64,000 bases of DNA, from the NCBI GenBank assembly GCA_004431415.1, contig QPMI01000671.1:1-64000 (forward strand), read 5' to 3'. The stretch's first letter is position 1, and the number at the start of each line of letters is the position of its first letter. This document shows positions 44,843-55,547 of this stretch, piece by piece. This DNA is from Cyanophora paradoxa CCMP329. Its lineage: Eukaryota; Plantae; Glaucophyta. Below the pieces are notes generated by a model. It was not told the origin of the DNA. It ran no database searches and saw nothing but the letters and a program-made list of their open reading frames with translations. Position numbers and translations under genes: made by a program.

Positions 44843-46101
44843 GGGCGAGGCTGCGCTGGGCGGCGCGCTGGGCGGCCGGCCCGGCGCAGGACGGGGCGTT
44901 GGGGCGGGGGTGGGCGGGGCGGGGCGGCTGGGGCCGCTGCTCCTCGGCGAGGTAGAGCTGCCCCGTGGCGCGGTCGAGGAAGGCGGCGCGCCGCCGCTCG
45001 AAGGTCCGCACTGCCACCTGCACCTCCCCCGTCGCCGTGTCCACGTACGGCACCCGCAGGCAGTACATCGCCTCCCCGCCCCGTGCGCCGGCGCGTGCGG
45101 CACGAGGGGCCCCGCCGCGGGCCCGGCGAGCCCGGGGCGCGCTCGCGCGGGACGGCGCCGGCGATGGGCGGCAGCGTCAGGCTCAGGGGCGGCCTTCGCG
45201 CGGCGGGGGATCCCGATCGCGGCTCCTGCTTGGCGCCGAGGGGCGAGGCCGGGTCGTCGCCGAGCAGGGCGCCGGCGCCGGGGCGAGGGCGAGGGCCGGG
45301 GCGAGCGAGCACGTCTCCGCGCCGGCGCCTTCGCAGGCGCCCTCCACCGGCTCCAGCGTCGCGGGAAGCGCGACTCGAAGAGCCGCCTGCGCGCGCGGCG
45401 GCGTCGGCAACGGCGGCCGAGGCCCCGCAACCGGCCGGCGGCTCGGCGCGGCGCACCCCAGGAGGACAAAGAAGGTGCGGATCATCGCCTGCGTCGCCTG
45501 CTGCTGGTCCGGAATGGCGCTGCGCGACGGGCGGCCGTCGGCGCCGGCCGAGCGACGTCGGCACGCGCGCGGCCGTGCGCACCAGTGGACCTCGAAGACG
45601 CCCTCGGAGTAGGGCGCGGAGGACTCGAAGCGGAGGTAGGGGCGCGGGCCCGAGGTCACGAGCTCCTCCCCATCGACGTGCTCCAGCGGCATCGACCAGA
45701 CGCGCCGCGGCGCCGCCTCCTCGAGCTCGGTGGCGCCCCGCGCGACTCAAAGACGAGCACGATGCGCATCCGCGAGATGAAGAGGGTGGAGCGCTGGAGC
45801 TGGTACAGCGGCAGCTCGGCGCCTCCTCGGCCCCTGTGAACGTACACGCCGCGCCCCTGCGAGCGCGCCCCAGAGCGTCAGATGAGCGCAGGCCAAGCTA
45901 AAGGCGCAGCCATGCCAACGGCACGGCGCGCGGGCGCGCGGGGGCCGCGGGCCGGCCGCACCTGATGGAAAACGTCCTCCTCGGGCAAAAGCGCGAAAGG
46001 CGGGCTGTTGTCCTGTGCGTGCCGCGACGAGCGGTGCCGCCGCTCGTTGCGCTCCGCCGTCGGAGGCGTCGGCGCAAAGGGTTTGATAAGGTGGCCGGCA
46101 T
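44843..46101 (-). pseudogene. 3'-truncated copy 2 of paralogue A
   Basis: Lacks the terminal AQLSALCALYTEIDRSGH segment and runs into the TIR-element fragment. Confidence 0.7.
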
Positions 46102-47259
46102 CTAAACGGGCTGAAAGAGGAGTCCGAGGATGCAGCAGTAGCTGGAAGACGCTCAAATGCGCTTGACGAGACCAGCTCAGCGCGCGGCCGCCGATAGGAG
46201 CGATTAGGCGCCCGCTAACTCTTTAGTAACAAGCTGCTTCCAGCAGCAAAGAATCCAGCTGCAAATGTACAGTGCAGGCTGCCGGGCGTGGTGCTGCTGT
46301 AGCAGCTGTGCACACTGCACTGAGCAAAGGCGCTGCAGGCTGCAGCCTGCATGTATAGGAATGCGCCGTGCGCGGCGCATTCCTATACACGCCCAGCTGA
46401 GCATCATGAGGAAGCTCGAAGACGCTCCGACGCACTGCGGCAAGCCGAAGGGAGGCTGGAGGGGGGGGACATAGTCTCAGGCAGGAGCTGCTCGACGCGA
46501 ACCTTTGAAACGCGCGCAAGCCTTTTGAAGTTTCGGACCATCTTGGATTGAACAGCCAATTCAAGTTACGCAAGTTGCAGAAAAATCTTGCGTAACCGAC
46601 TTTAATTTTAGAAAATGGTCTGTGGGCCGACTGTGGCCCAGACTGTGGGCCGGGCCGTCACGGCCGTGGCCCGCGTGGCCAATGGCCATGGCCGTTTCGC
46701 GACGTCGGGTACTTGAATTCATAAAAAAAACCTTTTGAACGGAGCCTCGTTTGTAGTGCGCCAAATAAAATGGCGCGCCATCTTATTTTTATGGCGCACG
46801 CTTTTGAGCCATCGCAGAAAAAAAGGCGCCGGCCAGCGCAGCCGGAGCTTTGCGTTGGGGGGGCTACTACGACTCCCAGCGTATGATGCAATAGTACTAT
46901 AGCTACAGGTAGCGCGCACAGCAGCAGCCGGCAGACAGCACTGCGGCAGCGGGCGGGGCGGTCCTCACATGGCGCCCAAGAAGGGCAAAGTGGCTAAGCT
47001 AGGCGAGTCGAGCGACGCAGCAGCGGCTGCGGGAGCCGAAGAGTCGGCGGCTCGCGCAGGGCAGCTGCAGGCGCCCGCGGAACCAGTCGAAGTGCGTGTT
47101 CTCGCCGACAGCCGGCAGAACGGAGGCCTTACTACGACCAAAGGTTCGATACTCTTGAGCTGTGATGCGAAGGCGCGCACCGGGCGCCGCGCTGATGCCC
47201 GACCGCGCGTGCACCTTGCCCGTGACGCAGCGACGGTGACCATCGATCCTATCCCGCCG

Positions 47260-48523
47260 GGGCGAGGCTGCGCTGGGCGGCGCGCTGGGCGGCCGGCCCG
47301 GCGCAGGACGGGGCGTTGGGGCGGGGTGGGCGGGGCGGGGCGGCTGGGGCCGCTGCTCCTCGGCGAGGTAGAGCTGCCCCGTGGCGCGGTCGAGGAAGGC
47401 GGCGCGCCGCCGCTCGAAGGTCCGCACTGCCACCTGCACCTCCCCCGTCGCCGTGTCCACGTACGGCACCCGCAGGCAGTACATCGCCTCCCCCGCCCCG
47501 TGCGCCGGCGCGTGCGGCACGAGGGGCCCCGCCGCGGGCCCCGGCGAGCCCGGGGCGCGCTCGCGCGGGACGGCGCCGGCGATGGGCGGCAGCGTCAGGC
47601 TCAGGGGCGGCCTTCGCGCGGCGGGGGATCCCGATCGCGGCTCCTGCTTGGCGCCGAGGGGCGAGGCCGGGTCGTCGCCGAGCAGGGCGCCGGCGCCGGG
47701 GGCGAGGGCGAGGGCCGGGGCGAGCGAGCACGTCTCCGCGCCGGCGCCTTCGCAGGCGCCCTCCACCGGCTCCAGCGTCGCGGGGAAGCGCGACTCGAAG
47801 AGCCGCCTGCGCGCGCGGCGGCGTCGGCAACGGCGGCCGAGGCCCCGCAACCGGCCGGCGGCTCGGCGCGGCGCACCCCAGGAGGACAATGAAGGTGCGG
47901 ATCATCGCCTGCGTCGCCTGCTGCTGGTCCGGAATGGCGCTGCGCGACGGGCGGCCGTCGGCGCCGGCCGAGCGACGTCGGCACGCGCGCGGCCGTGCGC
48001 ACCAGTGGACCTCGAAGACGCCCTCGGAGTAGGGCGCGGAGGACTCGAAGCGGAGGTAGGGGCGCGGGCCCGAGGTCACGAGCTCCTCCCCATCGACGTG
48101 CTCCAGCGGCATCGACCAGACGCGCCGCGGCGCCGCCTCCTCGAGCTCGGTGGCGCCCCCGCGCGACTCAAAGACGAGCACGATGCGCATCCGCGAGATG
48201 AAGAGGGTGGAGCGCTGGAGCTGGTACAGCGGCAGCTCGGCGCCTCCTCGGCCCCTGTGAACGTACACGCCGCGCCCCTGCGAGCGCGCCCCAGAGCGTC
48301 AGATGAGCGCAGGCCAAGCTAAAGGCGCAGCCATGCCAACGGCACGGCGCGCGGGCGCGCGGGGGCCGCGGGCCGGCCGCACCTGATGGAAAACGTCCTC
48401 CTCGGGCAAAAGCGCGAAAGGCGGGCTGTTGTCCTGTGCGTGCCGCGACGAGCGGTGCCGCCGCTCGTTGCGCTCCGCCGTCGGAGGCGTCGGCGCAAAG
48501 GGGTTTGATAAGGTGGCCGGCAT
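47260..48523 (-). pseudogene. 3'-truncated copy 3 of paralogue A
   Basis: Same truncation as copy 2. Confidence 0.7.
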
Positions 48524-49175
48524 CTAAACGGGCTGAAAGAGGAGTCCGAGGATGCAGCAGTAGCTGGAAGACGCTCAAATGCGCTTGACGAGACCAGCTC
48601 AGCGCGCGGCCGCCGATAGGAGCGATTAGGCGCCCGCTAACTCTTTAGTAACAAGCTGCTTCCAGCAGCAAAGAATCCAGCTGCAAATGTACAGTGCAGG
48701 CTGCCGGGCGTGGTGCTGCTGTAGCAGCTGTGCACACTGCACTGAGCAAAGGCGCTGCAGGCTGCAGCCTGCATGTATAGGAATGCGCCGTGCGCGGCGC
48801 ATTCCTATACACGCCCAGCTGAGCATCATGAGGAAGCTCGAAGACGCTCCGACGCACTGCGGCAAGCCGAAGGGAGGCTGGAGGGGGGGGGGACATAGTC
48901 TCAGGCAGGAGCTGCTCGACGCGAACCTTTGAAACGCGCGCAAGCCTTTTGAAGTTTCGGACCATCTTGGATTGAACAGCCAATTCAAGTTACGCAAGTT
49001 GCAGAAAAATCTTGCGTAACCGACTTTAATTTTAGAAAATGGTCTGTGGGCCGACTGTGGCCCAGACTGTGGGCCGGGCCGTCACGGCCGTGGCCCGCGT
49101 GGCCAATGGCCATGGCCGTTTCGCGACGTCGGGTACTTGAATTCATAAAAAAAACCTTTTGAACGGAGCCTCGTT

Positions 49176-49883
49176 TGTAGTGCGCCAAATAAAATGGCGC
49201 GCCATCTTATTTTTATGGCGCACGCTTTTGAGCCATCGCAGAAAAAAAGGCGCCGGCCAGCGCAGCCGGAGCTTTGCGTTGGGGGGGCTACTACGACTCC
49301 CAGCGTATGATGCAATAGTACTATAGCTACAGGTAGCGCGCACAGCAGCAGCCGGCAGACAGCACTGCGGCAGCGGGCGGGGCGGTCCTCACATGGCGCC
49401 CAAGAAGGGCAAAGTGGCTAAGCTAGGCGAGTCGAGCGACGCAGCAGCGGCTGCGGGAGCCGAAGAGTCGGCGGCTCGCGCAGGGCAGCTGCAGGCGCCC
49501 GCGGAACCAGTCGAAGTGCGTGTTCTCGCCGACAGCCGGCAGAACGGAGGCCTTACTACGACCAAAGGTTCGATACTCTTGAGCTGTGATGCGAAGGCGC
49601 GCACCGGGCGCCGCGCTGATGCCCGACCGCGCGTGCACCTTGCCCGTGACGCAGCGACGGTGACCAGCGACGGCTCCCCGACCGCTTCCCGCCCAGTGCG
49701 GTCCTATACCGGTAGCCCGGCGGTAGGCTATAATGATAGGCGATTTCGATCGCGACAGCTAGCCTAGCAGTACTCCCCAACGCAAAGCTCCGGCTGCGCT
49801 GGCCGGCGCCTTTTTTTCTGCGATGGCTCAAAAGCGTGCGCCATAAAAATAAGATGGCGCGCCATTTTATTTGGCGCACTACA
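49176..49883 (+). mobile_element. 708-bp non-autonomous DNA transposon (TGT...ACA ends, Ginger2/TDD-like signature)
   Basis: 109-bp TIRs at 49176-49284 and 49775-49883; 5-bp TSD tcgtt (49171-49175, 49884-49888); internal ORF remnant MAPKKGK at 49393. Left-end copies also start at 44335 and 46752. Confidence 0.9.
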
Positions 49884-50540
49884 TCGTTAACGATATCGAT
49901 CGCGAGATTCGCGACTCGCGAGCGTTTTCCGAATTAATATTAATCTTCCGAATCAAGTTCCGATCCGGCAATTGCAAGCTGGCCAATCGATTCGGCCGCC
50001 GGGCGCGCGCGCTTCCGGAAATTCGACCGGAATATTTAATCCGGATCCGCCGAAGCTTGGGGAAGGGGCGGTACTTGCGACTCTAAGTTGCGAGTAAGTT
50101 GCGACTTCAACTTGCGAGCTCTCAGGAGCAGGGTTTTAGTCACCGAGTCACGTGCCTTTGAGCTCGCTGAGGGCTAGACGCTACCGTACCCCCCGCCACG
50201 CCAAGGCCCGGTACCGGTTCAAGCTGAAGTACAATACGACTGTTTTCAAGTGTTTTGCCGCCGCCGCGCCGCGCCGCCAGTGCCCGCCACGGCCCACGGC
50301 CGCGGCCCAAGGCCCAAGGGGTGGCACCACTGTTTCTGACAGGGGTGGCCGGCATACTACGGTAGATCACGTCGGACTGTCACTCGGCGCGCGCGGAGCA
50401 GCGCTCCTGGCATGCTGATCCTTTCCGCGTTGTCGTTCACGTCACCCACGCGGCCGGTTTAGCGAGAACAACTTCGATCAGGCCGTCCGCTGCAGCTGCA
50501 GCTCCCGGAAGTCAGCACTCAGGCTGCCCGACAGCCGATC

Positions 50541-51718
50541 ATGCCTTTGGGCGTCTGGGCGAACCCCGCCTTCCGTGCCGCCATGGGATCGCTTCGCCTG
50601 CCGCCGCTCGCCGGCGCTTCCGCGTCCGCGACGACGTCGCCGCCGATCGCGCTGGTGGACATTGAGAGCGCGCCCTTCCCCGCCTGGGACGGCGAGGAGT
50701 TCGCCCACGAAGGTGAGCCGGCCTTCGGATTTGGCCCTCGCGCGCGGGGCCCGAGGCCGAGGCCGCACCGGCAGCGCGGGGCCTGCTCGCTCGGAGGATG
50801 TCGGGGGAGAACGCTTGGGGCGCGATGATCGGCGGCGCACGCGGGCCGGAGCACGGCTGCGAGGCGGTCACCGCGTACCTCACACCCCGCCGCATCGTTC
50901 TGCTCGGGAGCGCCCCGTTCAGGCTCGCTTCCATCCCCCTCGAGCTCGTGCGCCGCCCCCGCCCCGCGCCCCGCCGGCCCTCGCCCGCCCCACCCGACCC
51001 TCGGACGCCCCGCCCGGCAGATCGAGCGGGAGGAGCTGGCGGAGGGCGCGGGGGGGGCCCCCCGCGTGACGTTCGTCTCGACGGCGGAGGGCGCGGCGGG
51101 GATCTGGCAGCTCTTCCCGGGGGGGGCGGAGCGGCACGGCCTGCAGGCGGCGGAGCGCCTCTCGCGCCTCTATTCGCTGCTGCTCGGCTGCCTCTACGAC
51201 GCGCGCTTCCCCCTCGGCCCCGCCCGGGGCGACGAGGACGCCGACTCGGACGCCCCCCGCCCCTACGACTCGGAGCTCGAGGAGGGAGCCGGCTCGGAGC
51301 CCGCCTCGCCCTCTTCCATCGCCCTCTCCCTGCCCGCCACCCCCCGCTCCCCCGCCTCCTTCCCCCGCGACGACGAGTACGACCCCGTGTCCGGCCCTCC
51401 GCGTGGGCCCCGCGGGCCCCGCCCCTCCCACGCGGGGCGCCGCCTGAAGCCGCTTGAGGGCGGCTGGGCGGCCGCCGCGCCCCCGCCGGAGCCTCGACGG
51501 GTGGCGTACCTGGACGAGGGCGGCGGCCGCATCTTCCTCGCCTCCGAGGTCGCCCCGCCCGCGCCCCCGACGCCTCCGGCCAAGCGCAGAGCCGACACGC
51601 CCTCTCGGGCCACCTCACCCTCTCGCGCGAGCTGGAGATCCTGTGCGCCCTCTGCGCCGACCCCGCCTGGCAGGACGCCCTCTCCCCGGGCCACCGCATC
51701 GCCCTCAACTACTCCTGA
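50541..51718 (+). CDS. WBP2/UPF0664-like PH-GRAM domain protein, paralogue B
   Basis: FPAWDGEEFAHEG|...AYLTPRRIVLL...LASIPLEL|IEREEL...RRVAYLDEGGGRIFLASE|...ELEILCALC; three introns. Confidence 0.55.
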
Positions 51719-52072
51719 GCGCCCCCCTCGATTCCTTTCTTCGACGCTGTCCTCGGCGACGCCTTTCTCTTCATTTTTGCTTTATTTCTTTAGCCTATAT
51801 TCCGATTATTTCTCTGTCGGTAATAGTTTCTCTGTCGGGGATTCATGTGCAGGAGTGTAGTGGTGTTATCGCTAGCAGTGATTTTGTGAAGGCTAGTTTA
51901 CGCAGGACTCGCGTCAACGTGTACTCTACCGCAATCGTTATCAGTCTCCCGGGAAGTGCGAGGTGGAGGCACGTGCATGCGCGTCGCGAGGCGGGCAAGC
52001 GCAGGCCGGCGTAGCAGCGAACGAGACGGGCGCGCTCCGACTCGACAGGGCGCCGCAGCGGTCGGGGGCCGG

Positions 52073-55000
52073 CTAGACGATGGGGGCGGAGGGGTGCGTG
52101 ACGAGGTTCGAGTCGGGGAGGGGCACGATGGGCGCGCGGGGCTTGTTCTGCACCAGCCACGTGTGCGTCGGGTGCCTCACCTGGTGGATCCGCTTCGCAT
52201 AGCACACTGCCGCCCCCGCCGCCACGTCAGCGCCCCCTGCCGGACCCCCGGGGCCCCGCGCGGGCCGGGGCGGCGCGCGCCCTGGCATATCCAGTAGGTG
52301 TGGCACTGCTCGCAGATGAGGCGCGGCCCCGTCGGCACGCGGATGCACTCCGAGCAGCTGCGGGGGGCGTCCTCGCTAAGACGGGGGCGTGAGCACGGCG
52401 GCCTCGCTGGCGGGGCGCACCGGTAGCCGTCGTGCTTCTCCCCGCCCTCGGCGGGCCGGTCGGTGACCGCCCGCGCCCCGTGCGCCTGCTGCGGCTGCTG
52501 GTGCGGCCCGACCGCGAAGGGCGACGCCGGCTGCGAGTTCGGGCCGGGCGGGCGCGGCGGCGTCGCAGGCGCATAGCCGGGCGTGCCGGGCCCCTGGGGC
52601 CCCGAGTGGAGGCGGGAGGAGAGCTGCTGCTGGCCGGGGGCGGGCGGGCTGGGGGTCTGCCCGGCGACGGCCGGCTGGAGGTGCGCGGGGAGGTTCTCGA
52701 GGCGGACGAGGGGCCCCCGCGGCTCCACCTGCACCACCCACCGGTGCGTCGGGTGCCGTAGCTGGTGGATGCGCTTGTAGAAGCACCCTGCGAGGGGGGG
52801 GGGGGTTGAGGAGACGGGGGCGGGCCGGGGCGCGGGGGCGCGCGCCCTCGCAGACGTGGTAGCGGTGGCACTTCTCGCAGATCAGGCGCAGGCCCACCGG
52901 CGTCTTCCCGCACTCCGAGCACTTGTACCCCTCGTGCTTCCCGCTCGGCCGCTTGAAGCCGGCGGGGGCGCCCCCGCTGGGGCCCCCCGGGCCGGCCGAG
53001 GCCTGAGCGTAGGGCGGCGGGAGGCCGGGGGCGGAGGAGGGCGGCCCGTAGTACGAGTTGCGCTGGCTGAGGCCGCCGGGGCCGCCGGGGCCGGCGGGGC
53101 CGGCGGGGCCGGCGGGCGCGGGGTCCGAGGACGGGATGGTGTAGGTGGCCTGGGGAGGGTACGTGAAGTCGGTAGAGCGGGGGAGTCCTGGGCGGGGCCG
53201 GGCGGGGCCGGGGCGGCCGGCGGGCCTCGGGCTGGCTGAACCCCGCGAAGAACTCCGCCGCCGAGTTGCGCAGGTTCGCGAAGCCGTCGGCGAGCTGGTC
53301 GAAGAAGCCCCCGCCGGCCCGCGGCGGCGGCGCGGCGGCGCGCGAGGCGCCCGTGCCGTACGCGCTGCTCGAGTGGGGCGAGTCGGAGTGCCGCGTCGTC
53401 CAGGGACCCTGCGGGCGGGGCGGGGCGTGGGCGCGGGGGTGCGGGGCGGGCCCGGGGAGGGCGCACGGGGAGGCCCTGCTGGCCGGCCTGGACAGCCTGC
53501 GCGAAGGGCAGCTCGAGGCCCTGGCAGCGCGCGTCCAGCGCGTGGTACAGCTCCTCGAAGCTCGGCCGGTCCTCCGGCCGATGCTGCCCCCACGCGCCTC
53601 AGCGCGCGCCGGGGCGCGGCGGCTGGGCGGGCGGGGCGGGGGGCCGGGGCGCACGGCCCAGCAGCGGTGCATGAGCTCGGCGAGGAGGGCGTCGCAGCCG
53701 CGGGGGATGGCGAGGCGCTCGCCCTGGAAGCCGACGCGGGAGACGACCTGGTTCGGCTGGCACCCCTGCCACGGCAGCTCCCCGTCCACCACCGCCTCCC
53801 ACAGCATCACCCCGAAGCTGGCCCCGCCCTCAGCGACCCCGGCCCCCGCCCCGCCCGCCCCGCCCGCACCTGTACACGTCGCTCTTGTCCGAGGGGCGGC
53901 CCTGGCCGGTGAGGCACTCCGGGGCGAGCCAGGCGCAGGAGCCCATCGTCGGGGCCGTCGACTGCGCGCTCTCCGGCGACATCAGCTTCGCCAGCCCGAA
54001 GTCCCCGATCTGGGGCCGCCCCGCCGGCGTCGGGCGCGGGCGAGTCGAGGCGCGGGCGCAGCGGGGCGTGAGGGGCGGACCTTGGGGGTCCCGTCCGGCC
54101 CGATGAGCACGTTCAGGCTCTTCAGATCCCTGCCCCGCCGGCGCTGAGCGGGCGGCCGGGGGCGGGGCGGGGCGCGGCGGCGTGCGGCACCGGTGCTGGA
54201 TCGGGGGCCGCCGGGAGAGGAGGTACCGCATCCCCGCCGCGACGCCACGGAAGAGGGTCTGCGCCCCGGGGCTCGGCACGCCGGGCCCGGCGCCCCCCGC
54301 ACGCGCGCCGCGCCCTCGCGCACCAGCTTCTCCCGCAGCTGCAGCTTGTTCCGGAGGTACTCGTGCCTGACCGCCGCGGGGTCGGGCGCGGAGCACGAGG
54401 AAGGGAAAGGGGCGAGGGGTGCGAACAGGTTGCCCCGGGGGCAAAGCTCGGTGACGAGGAGAAGGACGTCGGGCGGCCTCAGGCAGGCACCATAGAACGC
54501 GCAGATCTGCCGCGGCCCGACGCCGTCGGCGAGGGGCGCCGCGCTGCGGGAGGGGGCGGCTCACGTTGGGGTGGCGGAGGCGGGAGAGGATTTGCGCCTG
54601 GCGGGAACCGAATCCAGTGAGCAAAAAGGAAGGGAAAGGAGCGATCGGGGCGGAGACCTCCTCCTTGAACGATTTAACGGCCGCGGGGTCCAGGCGCGTG
54701 TAGTTCTGGAGAAAGTAAGGGCCGGAAAGGGGGAGGCGGGCGCGCGCTGGCGCCAGAGGCGGCACACCATGACCTTGACCGCCTGTGCACGGTTCAGGCA
54801 CGCCGGCTCGAGGGCGGGGGGCGCGGGAGGGCGCGCGCACGACTTCGGAGCCCTGCCACACGCCGAGGTACACGTTGCTGTAGGCACCGGTGCCGAGCGG
54901 TTCCTGCCTGAGGATCTGCGGCGCACATCAGCCTGACCACGAAGGACGCGCGGCCACGAAACCAGGCCGCTCTTAGCTAAGAAAACGGCGTGCAACGCTC

Positions 55001-55293
55001 GAGTCCTCTTCCGTGGTAGCTTGCGCTACTGGGGCTAGCTGCGGATCTAGCCTTGCTTTATGCGAACTCGAAAACGTCCCTGGCAAACCGGGTGGAAGGG
55101 GGGTCCTCGGGGCATTGCACAAACCTGGACATCCTCGGGCGCTATCTCGAAGTCCGCCAACGAAAAGCTCGGGCCACTAGCCGGCGCTCCAGAAACCTGT
55201 TGAGGCCCACCACGGGCCTGCTGCTGCGCAACTCGCGGCGTCAGCAATCAGCTCCGCGTGCCAGAAAGTCACCAGGCGGTGGCGCGCCTTCAT
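52073..55293 (-). CDS. TKL (Raf/CTR1-like) Ser/Thr protein kinase with two C-terminal ZZ-type zinc fingers
   Basis: LGTGAYSNVYLG, AVK, RLRHPN, HR|DLKSLN, IGDFGLAK, GSCAWLAPE, KSDVY|SFGVMLWE; HEGYKCSEC...RLICEKCHRYHVCE|GCF..H.TH and a second copy HDGYR|CSEC...CEQCHTYWICQ. Confidence 0.92.
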
Positions 55294-55547
55294 TCTGCGC
55301 TGTGTTTCTTGCGCGCGAAGCTAGTTTGGCATCAACGCCGCGGAGTGGCGGCGCCGTCCTGTCGTACCGACAACGGAACACGCGTTTCAGCGGTGGGAAG
55401 CGGACTTGGCCTGAAGGGCTCGAATCGCACCTCGGACCCTCCCGATGCTCGAGAAGAGTCCAGCGACTGCCAGGCTTGCGTGGTTGCTTTTCGATCGCTC
55501 ACGGGTACAGGCCGCAACTCAAGAGCCCGGGTACAAGGGCCAGAGTC

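Larger units (their letters stand above)
42432..49666. repeat. Tandem triplication of a ~2.4-kb unit (42432-44825, 44843-47242, 47260-49666)
   Basis: Near-identical copies differing mainly by homopolymer indels. The same 17-bp filler tcgatcctatcccgccg lies at both junctions. Confidence 0.95.
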
